From UHGV virus genome UHGV-0173119: DNA of 48,190 nt; one strand, 5' to 3'. A program made the translations under genes and the position numbers. The notes beneath the pieces are model-generated. The model ran no database searches and was not told the DNA's origin. It worked only from the letters and a program-made list of their open reading frames with translations. Shown here piece after piece: positions 18,981 through 27,422 of the stretch; position 1 is the first letter of the stretch; the number at the start of each line of letters is the position of its first letter. The DNA is from a virus.

Positions 18981-19911
18981 CGCAAGGCTGCCACAACCGC
19001 GCATATCACAGAGCCTGACGGACCCGTTAGGCGCTGCGGCTCGCCTGTCGAAGATGGATAAGGTGATAACGCGCAAATACAAACAGCTAAGGACTCGTGC
19101 GCTTGGGTTGTTTAGCACTATTCCGAGCAGTCAGGCTAACGCAGAATCAAGCGGCCTGTACTTCTATGATTTCAGCAGTGCACGTGCTGCTACGTTCATG
19201 GATGAGTTGCAGGCGCTGATTGATGAAATCCTGCTTGAGGGTGATGATTTCGGTCACGGCAGGATGTGGGCTAATGTGTTCATCGGTGATGCGTATCAGG
19301 CAGGAACACAGAAGGCCAACTCCGAACTATCAAGCCTGTCTCCGGTTTATGCTGAACAGCGACCGATTGCCGCGATACTTTACAGTGAGCCTTATCTGAA
19401 TCGCCTACAGCTGGCGTACACACAAGGTTACTCCGACTGGCGCGGATTGAGTGATTATTCCAGTCAGCAACTGGCATCCGTCATTATGGAGGGCATTGCC
19501 CGTGGCGCTAACCCCCGTGATGTTGAGGCTGATATCGTTAAGCGCGTCGATGTGTCGCACAGTTACGCGAAACAGATAGCGCAAACGGAAATCACCGGAA
19601 CGCTACGGCAGGCTAACAGGCGGGAAGTCATTGAGGCGCGCGAGGAGTTGGGCATTGAAACGGTGATGCTGTGGCAGTCGGCATTAATGCGCACAACTCG
19701 CCAGACGCACGGGTCTAAACATGGACGGTTTTTTACTCCAGAGCAGATTGATGATTTCTACTCTCGTGATGGCAATAAATATAATTGCCACTGCGCACAG
19801 GTACCAACACTATTAATGGATGGCAAGCCAGTCATTCTTGAGTCATCACAGGAAAGGCTCGATAAGCAGCGCGAGGCGTGGCAATCAGCCAACAAAAAGC
19901 CCTCTAAGTGA
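18961..19911 (+). CDS. head morphogenesis protein (phage Mu gpF-like minor head protein)
   Basis: conserved Mu-F-type motifs incl. YNCHC and TEITGTLRQA region; position after portal. Confidence 0.7.
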   Translation: MKILRFNARLPQPRISQSLTDPLGAAARLSKMDKVITRKYKQLRTRALGLFSTIPSSQANAESSGLYFYDFSSARAATFMDELQALIDEILLEGDDFGHGRMWANVFIGDAYQAGTQKANSELSSLSPVYAEQRPIAAILYSEPYLNRLQLAYTQGYSDWRGLSDYSSQQLASVIMEGIARGANPRDVEADIVKRVDVSHSYAKQIAQTEITGTLRQANRREVIEAREELGIETVMLWQSALMRTTRQTHGSKHGRFFTPEQIDDFYSRDGNKYNCHCAQVPTLLMDGKPVILESSQERLDKQREAWQSANKKPSK

Positions 19912-19924
19912 GGGCTTGGTTTTA
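19897..19924. terminator. bidirectional terminator (AGCCCTC-taagt-GAGGGCT + TGGTTTTA)
   Basis: overlaps stop codon of 18961-19911. Confidence 0.7.
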
Positions 19925-19994
19925 TCTTATCAGCATGCACAGAACAAATATTATTATCGCATAGCACAATATCTCTACGACGCTGAATACTGTT

Positions 19995-20546
19995 TTAATC
20001 ATCCAGTTTAACACCTGGAATCTTGCCTGCTGCGATGGCGTCGTAAATTTTCTTTGCATGATAAAACTCATTTGGTGTGTCTGGGATGCATTCAGGCATA
20101 AACCAGTCAATCGCCTCAATCGCAGCATCACGCTTCCTGTCTGCTTCGGTGCGTAGTGGTCTGAATTGCCACATTTTTGAATCAAGAGCAGTGGGCACTC
20201 CATTGCCCCAAAAACCAAATACATGACCATCACAAACAGCAACAACCTTAAATTTAGTCCAGTCAACTTGTGAAAATTGCTTACTTTCACACTCACACCC
20301 AACCGGAGGCAGGCCTTCGCCGTTCCATGCTGGCTTTTGCGATTCCGCCAGTGCGGATTCGTATTGATCAGAGTAAATTATGCTTTTGTCATCATTAATT
20401 TTAAATGACGATAATGATTTATTATCGTGCCAGCAAGGACCAACAATGCGTGGAGTGCCATCTTTTTCTGTGCAGATATAAATTGCACCATCAGGCCACC
20501 CGCCACGCGTAGGTAATTCTTGAACTAACAGGTCGATAAGTTTCAT
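19995..20546 (-). CDS. hypothetical protein (183 aa), last gene of minus-strand accessory operon
   Basis: ATGA coupling with upstream ORF. Confidence 0.55.
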   Translation of the reverse strand: MKLIDLLVQELPTRGGWPDGAIYICTEKDGTPRIVGPCWHDNKSLSSFKINDDKSIIYSDQYESALAESQKPAWNGEGLPPVGCECESKQFSQVDWTKFKVVAVCDGHVFGFWGNGVPTALDSKMWQFRPLRTEADRKRDAAIEAIDWFMPECIPDTPNEFYHAKKIYDAIAAGKIPGVKLDD

Positions 20547-20700
20547 TTTTCATCCTCAGCATCAAATAAGTCACCGTCGCGCCATGAATTAGCTGCATTC
20601 CATGCAGCAGCACTTTGTGCATCAATCCTATTCATTCCCAATTTCTCGAGTTCAGCATTAAATAGCTGAAACCACTTCTGAAATGCCTCTCCTGATGTCA
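20543..20700 (-). CDS. hypothetical protein (52 aa, MTSGEAFQKWFQLFNAELEKLGMNRIDAQSAAAWNAANSWRDGDLFDAEDEK)
   Basis: ATGA overlaps at both ends. Confidence 0.4.
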
Positions 20701-20988
20701 TTTTGTTTCTCCCAACGCTTTATTAACCGCAGCACGCGCATTATCCAGAGCGCGACGCTTGCTTGATGTTGTCCAGGCTTTTCCTGAGTTGTCGTCGTAG
20801 ATTTCCAGTAATTGTTGTAGTGCTGATAGAATGGATTGATTGTTCTCGTGGCTATAACCAACATAGAAACCATGCCAGAGCTTGTCTTTTTCGCTATCAG
20901 TCATGCCGCCAAAACCAACAGAATCGAACCATTTGCTAAATAACTGGTAAACTTCTCGCTGCGTCATATCTAACCTCACATAAGCCAT
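20698..20988 (-). CDS. hypothetical protein (96 aa from ATG 20988; track extends to TTG 21000)
   Basis: ORF. Confidence 0.5.
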   Translation of the reverse strand: MAYVRLDMTQREVYQLFSKWFDSVGFGGMTDSEKDKLWHGFYVGYSHENNQSILSALQQLLEIYDDNSGKAWTTSSKRRALDNARAAVNKALGETK

Positions 20989-21110
20989 TTCCCGTGACAA
21001 TCAATCCATGAAATCCATCGAGATACAGTCCATGCACTTGTGTCGCCGCATGGAACTGTGCAGGTAAATTTACCTTCTTTAAATAAAATTCGCTTTACAT
21101 TCATTTCCAT
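20976..21110 (-). CDS. hypothetical Cys/Trp-rich peptide (44 aa)
   Basis: SD GAGGTTGG; overlaps neighbours. Confidence 0.3.
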   Translation of the reverse strand: MEMNVKRILFKEGKFTCTVPCGDTSAWTVSRWISWIDCHGKWLM

Positions 21111-21118
21111 CACCAACC

Positions 21119-21262
21119 TCACTTGATATATTCAACAATCTCAACTTCACGCATCTGCACCAGACCAAATGGCGCAACCACTTTACCGCACGGGCGGATT
21201 TTGATTTGTTCAAGGCTGAACACTCCGCGGCGTCCGTTTTCTTTGAATTTGACCATTACCAT
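21119..21262 (-). CDS. hypothetical protein (47 aa, MVMVKFKENGRRGVFSLEQIKIRPCGKVVAPFGLVQMREVEIVEYIK)
   Basis: starts 3 nt after stop of upstream gene. Confidence 0.35.
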   Translation of the reverse strand: MVMVKFKENGRRGVFSLEQIKIRPCGKVVAPFGLVQMREVEIVEYIK

Positions 21263-21265
21263 GAC

Positions 21266-21676
21266 TTATTCCTCAATATCTCGCCAGTCCATGTTGGACT
21301 CGTTTTGTCCGTACACCCCACCGTAAAAACCTTCACCAGGCCATACGATTTCGCCGCCATAATATCCGTTTGAATCATTGCGATAGTCAATCACCATGTC
21401 ACCTTTATTGGTTGTGATTTTCGCTCCGTAGTATTGAACGCAATCACATCCTGGTATATCACCCAAGTCGGGCATTGCCAAATCTTCACACTCAATAATA
21501 GTAAATGGCAACCCTAGCGCAGGCATTTCAACTGATTCAATCCATGTATACGAGCAGCAATCAGCATCAACGCGAACAACCAGTTCCTCACCGTTATCAC
21601 AAATAAAAAGCATAGCCAGCTTATCCTCTGCAATTTTCACATCGACAATTTTCTTGCCAATCAGTTTATTTTCCAT
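21266..21676 (-). CDS. hypothetical protein (136 aa from MENKLIGKK; Cys-rich DADCCSYTW, Gly/Tyr-rich C-terminus)
   Basis: SD GAGGTGA 5 nt upstream of ATG 21676; track extends to 21697. Confidence 0.55.
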   Translation of the reverse strand: MENKLIGKKIVDVKIAEDKLAMLFICDNGEELVVRVDADCCSYTWIESVEMPALGLPFTIIECEDLAMPDLGDIPGCDCVQYYGAKITTNKGDMVIDYRNDSNGYYGGEIVWPGEGFYGGVYGQNESNMDWRDIEE

Positions 21677-21708
21677 CTTTATCACCTCACTCATCATTTG
21701 ATGTAGAT

Positions 21709-21737
21709 ACTATGCACCACCACTCAATCTACGTCAA
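21709..21737 (-). promoter_or_regulatory. minus-strand promoter TTGACG - 17 bp - CATAGT for the 21676->19995 operon
   Basis: rc of AATCTACGTCAA motif supplies -35. Confidence 0.55.
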
Positions 21738-21755
21738 TAGCCATTGTGATAGAAT
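21727..21755 (+). promoter_or_regulatory. extended -10 promoter (TGaTAGAAT) for lysis cassette, with AATCTACGTCAA motif at the -35 position
   Basis: read directly. Confidence 0.5.
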
Positions 21756-21781
21756 TAATCATTATTTGAACAGGAGGCAGA

Positions 21782-22060
21782 ATGAAACTATCGCAACGCG
21801 GCATGGAGATACTTGGAATAAACGATGCCGTGGATATATCGCCTTACATCACCACTGAGACGACGCAGAATCAGTTCGACGCGCTGACAAGTCTCGCCAC
21901 TGACATTGGCATTGACACGTTCCGCAAATCAACACTCCTGAAGAAACACAATCTCCGCTGCTTCTCATGTGCTGTTGCGCATTTCATCGTGTGGGGCGAG
22001 AAGACTGGAGACAAAGCCAAACGCAAAGCTGAAAAAGAGGTTTACTGGTATGGCTATTAG
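21782..22060 (+). CDS. GH24 (P22 gp19/T4 e-type) lysozyme remnant with internal deletion of the catalytic region
   Basis: N-terminus MKLSQRGMEIL and C-terminal TQNQFDALTSLATDIGIDTFRKSTLLKKHNL...FIVWGEKTGD align to P22 gp19, but ~50 aa carrying the catalytic Glu/Asp/Thr is absent. Confidence 0.6.
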   Translation: MKLSQRGMEILGINDAVDISPYITTETTQNQFDALTSLATDIGIDTFRKSTLLKKHNLRCFSCAVAHFIVWGEKTGDKAKRKAEKEVYWYGY

Positions 22061-22514
22061 CAAAAACATGAAGGCGTTTCTGGATATGCTGGCGTACAGC
22101 GAGGGTACGGATAACGGGCGGCAGAAAACCAATAATCATGGTTATGATGTGATTGTCGGTGGCTCGCTATTTACTGACTACTCCGACCACCCGCGCAAGC
22201 TGATTAGCCTACCTAAGCTGGGCATCAAATCCACTGCCGCAGGGCGCTATCAGGTGCTGGCTAAATTTTATGACGCGTACAAAAAGCAACTGCGCCTGCC
22301 TGACTTCTCCCCCGCATCGCAGGACGCCATTGCAATGCAGTTAATCCGCGAATGCAAAGCCACTGCCGACATTGAAGCTGGTCGCATTGCTGATGCCATT
22401 CATAAATGCCGTTCACGCTGGGCCTCACTGCCGGGCGCTGGGTATGGTCAACATGAGCAGAAACTGGATAAGCTGATTCAGGTATACAAGGATGCTGGCG
22501 GAGCTGTGGCATGA
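22050..22514 (+). CDS. endolysin, lambda R-like lytic transglycosylase
   Basis: near-colinear match to lambda R (KAFLDMLAYSEGTDNGRQKTNNHGYDVIVGGSLFTDYSDHPRKL...WASLPGAGYGQ); SD GAAAAAGAGG; track start 21969 is an upstream extension. Confidence 0.9.
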   Translation: MAISKNMKAFLDMLAYSEGTDNGRQKTNNHGYDVIVGGSLFTDYSDHPRKLISLPKLGIKSTAAGRYQVLAKFYDAYKKQLRLPDFSPASQDAIAMQLIRECKATADIEAGRIADAIHKCRSRWASLPGAGYGQHEQKLDKLIQVYKDAGGAVA

Positions 22515-22744
22515 AAAAGCTAAGTAACTGGCTGCTCGGCGCGTGGATTTCATTCTGCTCACTGCTACAGCTATGGCCTGATGCAATGATGCATGTATGG
22601 GTAATGATGCCTGATGACCTGAAAGCAGCGCTACCGCCAATCGTGGTTAAAGGTGTGAGCTACTCAATCATGCTGGTTGGCATCCTCGGCAAAATGCACG
22701 GCATGAGGAAGGAAAACCGGAGGCTGCGCGATGAAAAGGAATAG
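22511..22744 (+). CDS. putative holin (2 TMDs)
   Basis: ATGA overlap with endolysin stop; hydrophobic segments WLLGAWISFCSLLQLW and VSYSIMLVGILG, charged C-terminus. Confidence 0.5.
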   Translation: MKKLSNWLLGAWISFCSLLQLWPDAMMHVWVMMPDDLKAALPPIVVKGVSYSIMLVGILGKMHGMRKENRRLRDEKE

Positions 22745-22846
22745 AGCAAGAGACGTGGAGTTCTTTATCGCTGCCAAAAATACATTTGGCATACAGGCGG
22801 CCTACTCAATGATTAAGAATCGGTATGCGACCATTAATTGGGCTAA

Positions 22847-23353
22847 ATGGATACTATCATGATCCCATCATTACTTGAACGATACTGGCGACCGCTGGCA
22901 ATTATTATAATTGTTGCTGCTGGAGCGCTGTGGGCGCGTGGCGAAATCATTAGCTACGGCGATCAGCGATACGCAGAAGGCAAAGCTCAAGCAATAGCAG
23001 AACAGAAGGCCGCAGACAAACAAGAGGAGCAACGACGCAATGCAGAACTGCAAAAGATTCAAGCCGACGCACAGCAACGGATTGATGCTGCGCGTAATGA
23101 TGCTGTCAATGCTGCTGCTAAGTCTGGCAGGTTGCAGCAACAACTCGCAAATATCCGCAAGCAGCTCGTCGGATATTCCGCCGCTGAGTCCATTGGCAAT
23201 CCAGCCGCAGAAACCGGAGTTTTGCTTGGAGACGTGCTCGCAGCATCTGTCGAAAGAAATAGACAGCTGGCAGATTACGCTGACAGAGCAAGAGAGGCGG
23301 GATTGACATGTGAGGCGCAGTACAATTCATTAAGGGCGAGAAATGCTGAGTAG
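22847..23353 (+). CDS. i-spanin (Rz-like)
   Basis: N-terminal TMD LAIIIIVAAGALW, long coiled-coil periplasmic domain; alternative start 22859. Confidence 0.75.
   Translation: MDTIMIPSLLERYWRPLAIIIIVAAGALWARGEIISYGDQRYAEGKAQAIAEQKAADKQEEQRRNAELQKIQADAQQRIDAARNDAVNAAAKSGRLQQQLANIRKQLVGYSAAESIGNPAAETGVLLGDVLAASVERNRQLADYADRAREAGLTCEAQYNSLRARNAE
23085..23306 (+). CDS. o-spanin (Rz1-like lipoprotein) embedded in +1 frame of i-spanin
   Basis: signal and lipobox MLRVMMLSMLLLSLAGC, Pro-rich C-terminus. Confidence 0.75.
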   Translation: MLRVMMLSMLLLSLAGCSNNSQISASSSSDIPPLSPLAIQPQKPEFCLETCSQHLSKEIDSWQITLTEQERRD

Positions 23354-23489
23354 AGATAAACGAAAGAAGTATGACAAGATGGCTGCCGATGTGGCAATCG
23401 GCCGCGCTGGTTATCGACCAGCGGTGAAATGCAGGTTAAGCAAATCGCCAAAGAAATGCTACGGAAAGCCGCCTGAATCACTGCAATAA

Positions 23490-23512
23490 AAAGCCCCGTA
23501 ATGGGGCTTTCA
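23490..23512. terminator. bidirectional terminator (AGCCCC-gtaat-GGGGCT, T-runs on both sides)
   Basis: read directly. Confidence 0.75.
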
Positions 23513-23514
23513 TA

Positions 23515-23733
23515 TTAACGATAAACTTCAATAAACGTCCTTTCCGCGTCAGTAATTTCTCCATCTGTCGTGCTAAAAATTACTGGAATCATCCTTATCT
23601 CATAAGATTCGTACTGATCACCTTCTTTTGTGATTCCCTTCGCAATCTTATGTCGAGTCGTTAGTTGCTCGGCGGCATCTGCCGTGATGTAAATTTTCCC
23701 ATCTCTGTGTTCTAACTTCATTTCACACCTCAT
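23515..23733 (-). CDS. hypothetical protein (72 aa)
   Basis: ATGA coupling with upstream 48-aa ORF. Confidence 0.5.
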   Translation of the reverse strand: MRCEMKLEHRDGKIYITADAAEQLTTRHKIAKGITKEGDQYESYEIRMIPVIFSTTDGEITDAERTFIEVYR

Positions 23734-23876
23734 TCATATAGTGGTTTAATTTTATACCCAAACATCTGCGCATTCTCATGCTCAACGCTATCAGCAAACA
23801 CCAGATAGCGGCGACCACGATTATCCGTAACGATGTAGGCAGACGGCTCACTCCGCTGTTGATGTTGCTGGTTCAT
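23730..23876 (-). CDS. hypothetical protein (48 aa, MNQQHQQRSEPSAYIVTDNRGRRYLVFADSVEHENAQMFGYKIKPLYE)
   Basis: not in track; coupled to downstream gene. Confidence 0.35.
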   Translation of the reverse strand: MNQQHQQRSEPSAYIVTDNRGRRYLVFADSVEHENAQMFGYKIKPLYE

Positions 23877-24201
23877 TAGCAGGTTCCTCTATTTGTTTGG
23901 GTTCCATTTCCACTTTCGATGTGAATTTAGCTACATTGCCATCAGCGTGATGCTCAACTCGAACATTGTAGCCATCAACAGCAGTGAACGCCATGCTACT
24001 ATCCGCGCTGGTGCACTCTATCATTTCAAGATTTATAGCTTTTGCCGGGATGCGGAATTTCACTCCTCCAGATTCAATCGTAATATCAGGAGCCACCAGA
24101 TAATGGTGATCATTACGCTTAAATACTACGTCACTACCAACATCGCTAATCAACATGCTGGCTGGTGATATTTTTTCGATTTTCATTTTACTCCTCCACA
24201 A
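23848..24201 (-). CDS. hypothetical protein (alternative start MKIEKISP at 24186)
   Basis: ORF. Confidence 0.45.
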   Translation of the reverse strand: MWRSKMKIEKISPASMLISDVGSDVVFKRNDHHYLVAPDITIESGGVKFRIPAKAINLEMIECTSADSSMAFTAVDGYNVRVEHHADGNVAKFTSKVEMEPKQIEEPANEPATSTAE

Positions 24202-24451
24202 TGCGGACTAGTGAGCACTCAAGATTAGGCGCATTATAATTGCCAGCCAAAAACAGGACGCTGCCAGTGCTAATCAGCACCTGCTTTGCGTTTGCCTGCG
24301 ACAGATTCTGCACGATGAATTGCGCTGTTTCAGTGCCGATTTTCAGCACTGCGCTGCCGTCGCTGTTTAGCGATACTAGTTGCGCAGAGGTGTCAGCAAT
24401 ATTGGTAAAGTTCGCGTTTCGTTGCGCGATAGTGATGTCGCAGAATGACAT
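24188..24451 (-). CDS. hypothetical protein (87 aa)
   Basis: ORF, overlap coupling. Confidence 0.45.
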   Translation of the reverse strand: MSFCDITIAQRNANFTNIADTSAQLVSLNSDGSAVLKIGTETAQFIVQNLSQANAKQVLISTGSVLFLAGNYNAPNLECSLVRIVEE

Positions 24452-24882
24452 TATTTAATCTCCAGATCTTTTGCGCGAATTGCGCTGTCAATGATGTCTT
24501 GCAAATCCTGTTCGCGTGATTTGTGTCCGCGCTCACCAGCCTGCAACGCCTTTTTAATCAAGTGCTGCAGCGCTGGATTTGTGACATTCCACGCCATGAG
24601 CACATCGTACACATCGACAAATACACTAGGCTTAATCTCGCGCAGGTATTTGTTGTCAGCTTCCGGTGCGCCAATGCATTCATTAAGGTCTTGTTCATCG
24701 TTAATTGGCTCGCGGTATGCAATAACAACATCCCCGCAACCCTCAATCACTTCAATGCGACCAGCATAATCTATGCTTAGATAGAAAATCTCACCAGTAC
24801 TTCCTGACTTGACTACAAGACAAGCCGTGTCATGGCCAGCAAAATCATCCTCATAACCTTTCAGATATTTCCATTTTTTCAT
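24451..24882 (-). CDS. hypothetical protein (143 aa)
   Basis: ORF, ATGA coupling. Confidence 0.5.
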   Translation of the reverse strand: MKKWKYLKGYEDDFAGHDTACLVVKSGSTGEIFYLSIDYAGRIEVIEGCGDVVIAYREPINDEQDLNECIGAPEADNKYLREIKPSVFVDVYDVLMAWNVTNPALQHLIKKALQAGERGHKSREQDLQDIIDSAIRAKDLEIK

Positions 24883-25073
24883 TTCATCGTCACCCGGTTA
24901 TTTTCATCAACATTAAAATTCGCCCGAATCAAATCATACATATCATCCTTAGGCATATCAGCCAGCGCCACATAGCAACGGGCAAAGTAGCGAACATCAC
25001 GGAGTGTCAGCGGCTGCCGCTTCTCCACAATGCTGGTGATAATGTCCATCGGCTCGCGTCGCGGTCTTGGCAT
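24879..25073 (-). CDS. hypothetical protein (64 aa)
   Basis: first gene of minus-strand early cluster. Confidence 0.5.
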   Translation of the reverse strand: MPRPRREPMDIITSIVEKRQPLTLRDVRYFARCYVALADMPKDDMYDLIRANFNVDENNRVTMK

Positions 25074-25096
25074 ATTTACTACTCCTTTCGAAATTT

Positions 25097-25153
25097 ATTA
25101 TTGACGAATCCACGTCACTTAGTCAATACTATTGGTGTAGAATGATTCTACCA
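25097..25153. promoter_or_regulatory. divergent promoter region: minus-strand TTGACT-18-AATAAT; degenerate motif copies TTGACGAATC and TCCACGTCA; palindrome GTAGAATgATTCTAC (25137-25151)
   Basis: read directly. Confidence 0.45.
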
Positions 25154-25175
25154 CAATGGAAAAGGTGATGTGGAA

Positions 25176-25373
25176 ATGCGATACAAAGAAATAGCAGCGA
25201 GATACCAGAAAGAGGTGCGCGAGGTTATGGAAATCCTTAGCGTTCGCGAGGATACCATTAAGTATGTGGAAACTACCATGTGTTCACTGGCGCTTGAAGC
25301 GGAGGTTGCGGGTCGTGAAAAGGCTGACGAACTTATATCTGCGGTGGTTTATAGTTCAACCAGTAACGGTTGA
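25176..25373 (+). CDS. hypothetical protein (track has GTG start at 25170)
   Basis: SD GGTGA 7 nt upstream of ATG 25176. Confidence 0.5.
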   Translation: MRYKEIAARYQKEVREVMEILSVREDTIKYVETTMCSLALEAEVAGREKADELISAVVYSSTSNG

Positions 25374-25433
25374 AGATGAAGGTTACCTGTGCGTTGAGCA
25401 CGTTGTCATTAAATTCTACGGGAGAAATTATAA

Positions 25434-25628
25434 ATGGCGCATGACGAACTGTACGAACAATCACTAATCCAGCAACTGAACGAAGTTGAACGTACTCGCG
25501 AATGGCTGGAATGCGAACTGCGCGAGGTGCGCAACCGCCTGCAACGCAAGCGCAATCAGCAGAGGGATGTTATCGACTGGTCAGGAGATACTCCTAAATT
25601 TAACAACATTGTAGAATGGTTGAAATGA
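25434..25628 (+). CDS. hypothetical coiled-coil protein (64 aa)
   Basis: ORF. Confidence 0.5.
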   Translation: MAHDELYEQSLIQQLNEVERTREWLECELREVRNRLQRKRNQQRDVIDWSGDTPKFNNIVEWLK

Positions 25629-25846
25629 GAAAATTCAGCACGTTGGTTGATTTAATTTTTGCTGACATAAGTGAGGATTACGCCAGAAGCAAGAAGTCAA
25701 GAAATCAGCGGCAAGATATCACATTTCGCACACTGCTTAAACAATCAATGCGCAATAAGAAGGAGTGGAGATACAGGCGCGACCGAGTTCTGATAAGACT
25801 GTGCAAGTTAAACATGAATAAGATACTTAAGGATATGACAAAATGA
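25616..25846 (+). CDS. hypothetical basic protein (76 aa)
   Basis: ORF. Confidence 0.45.
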   Translation: MVEMRKFSTLVDLIFADISEDYARSKKSRNQRQDITFRTLLKQSMRNKKEWRYRRDRVLIRLCKLNMNKILKDMTK

Positions 25847-26088
25847 GCGCACCACATATGCCGATGATGAATGATGAGGAGTTGTTAACCTGTCCGTTCT
25901 GCAATGGTCATCCTGAAATAAATGAGACCAGATATGGATATTACATCTCATGCGAGGATTGCAATGCGGAAACTGATGTGTGGCTCAAACTGGATACAGC
26001 AAAGAAAAAATGGAACACCCGAAACAGTCACCTCTACACCGCCGAAGACTTCAATCAGGCAGCAGAGGAACGCGATCATGGACTATAA
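25843..26088 (+). CDS. Lar-family restriction-alleviation-like Zn-finger protein
   Basis: CPFCNGHPE...CEDCNAETDVW...KKWNTR pattern typical of Lar/restriction alleviation family. Confidence 0.55.
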   Translation: MSAPHMPMMNDEELLTCPFCNGHPEINETRYGYYISCEDCNAETDVWLKLDTAKKKWNTRNSHLYTAEDFNQAAEERDHGL

Positions 26089-26566
26089 ATCACAGATCAT
26101 GCGCGTGATTGTCAATCACCCAGGCGCAACGCGTGCATATATTGAGAAGCATTGCGGAGGAAAGCATTCAAGCACCACAACGCATCGTCTGCATGAGATG
26201 CTTGCTCTTGGCTTCATTCGCCGCGAGAAGTCCGTGATTCGCGGCGGAAAGTGGCAGTACAAGTATTTCATCTCTGATGATGCGGCAGGTATTGATGATG
26301 CGATTAAGTGTCACCTGCTTGATAACGCTGGCGCGGAAGTAAAAGAAATCAGCGCCGCCACCGGCATTGATTACCGAATCGTGAAAAGCCGCATCCGCAT
26401 TATGTTTCATAACGGTGATGTAACGCGAAGCTATGACCACCACAAGAAGCTGTGGCGTTATTCATGGCAGGAGCGGGAAGTAAGCGTGAGCAACCTGTTT
26501 AATTCACTTCTTCGCAACGCAAGAGGTCAGCATGGGGAAAGCCAAGCGCAAGAAACAAGAGTATGA
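26078..26566 (+). CDS. hypothetical protein (163 aa from MDYKSQIMRVIVNH; possible winged-helix)
   Basis: ATG 26078 overlaps previous gene end; track start 25922 is an out-of-context extension. Confidence 0.55.
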   Translation: MDYKSQIMRVIVNHPGATRAYIEKHCGGKHSSTTTHRLHEMLALGFIRREKSVIRGGKWQYKYFISDDAAGIDDAIKCHLLDNAGAEVKEISAATGIDYRIVKSRIRIMFHNGDVTRSYDHHKKLWRYSWQEREVSVSNLFNSLLRNARGQHGESQAQETRV

Positions 26567-26708
26567 GCCTCTTCCGCCATGCGAAATGACAGGAATGCCG
26601 CAGCAGGAGGATGTGATTCTCACCGAGGAGGAGTGGCGCAAGGTGGCAAGAGTGCAAATCATGTTCCGCAAACTTGCTGAGGATGTACTAAATGAGATGG
26701 GCTATTAA
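26532..26708 (+). CDS. hypothetical protein (58 aa, MGKAKRKKQEYEPLPPCEMTGMPQQEDVILTEEEWRKVARVQIMFRKLAEDVLNEMGY)
   Basis: SD AGAGG; not in track. Confidence 0.4.
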   Translation: MGKAKRKKQEYEPLPPCEMTGMPQQEDVILTEEEWRKVARVQIMFRKLAEDVLNEMGY

Positions 26709-27096
26709 GCACAAATCCGGCAGAACTCTGTTTGTAACATCAGATGAGTTCATTGCCGATAACCGCAGAAAGATGGGCTGGATAGTGGAGGAAGTGAAGA
26801 TGACGAGTAGAGAACGGTTTGAAGAAGAAATGAGCGATAAATATGAGTGGTTCAGTGATGCGATCGCTTGTGCTGATTTTTGCGGTGACGATGATGATGG
26901 CTACTATGTTGGCGGTGATTATCTCTATTATGGAAAATCATGTTCAGAGGCTTTGTTCTGGTTATGGCGAGGGTGGCAGGCATCGCGCGCGGCGATTCAG
27001 ATTCAGGCGTGCCCATACCCAAACAACCACGGACCACATGTTGATGACTATTATCTCAAGCAAATTAATAACGCAGGCTTAAAGGTGAAAAAATGA
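26692..27096 (+). CDS. hypothetical protein (134 aa)
   Basis: ORF. Confidence 0.55.
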   Translation: MRWAIKHKSGRTLFVTSDEFIADNRRKMGWIVEEVKMTSRERFEEEMSDKYEWFSDAIACADFCGDDDDGYYVGGDYLYYGKSCSEALFWLWRGWQASRAAIQIQACPYPNNHGPHVDDYYLKQINNAGLKVKK

Positions 27097-27422
27097 TTAT
27101 CCAGTTAAACGACATTATGAAAGCAGACATTATTCAACTTGAAGATTATGACATGCAACTGGCGTTTGAAATAGAAACCGTTGAGCGGCAACTGCAATAT
27201 GCGGGTAAGAAGAACGACCGCGTCTGGCACGAGAAAGCACTTAAGGCGCGCGACCACATGAAGCGCACGCGAGCACTTATCAAAACTCGACTGGATAAGC
27301 TGTATTTTGGCGAAGAGCGAATGCTGCATGGCGCAATTCTTGCCGAGGTGCGCAAAACAATGTCAGTTGGTCGCTTCATGGAGCTGGTACATAGAGCTAA
27401 ACGTAATGCGGGGTTGGTGTGA
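27093..27422 (+). CDS. hypothetical protein (109 aa)
   Basis: ATGA coupling. Confidence 0.55.
   Translation: MIIQLNDIMKADIIQLEDYDMQLAFEIETVERQLQYAGKKNDRVWHEKALKARDHMKRTRALIKTRLDKLYFGEERMLHGAILAEVRKTMSVGRFMELVHRAKRNAGLV

Noticed and set aside
23379-23489. 36-aa basic ORF between Rz and the bidirectional terminator
   Set aside because: No convincing RBS. Sequence is largely terminator-adjacent filler. Left unannotated.
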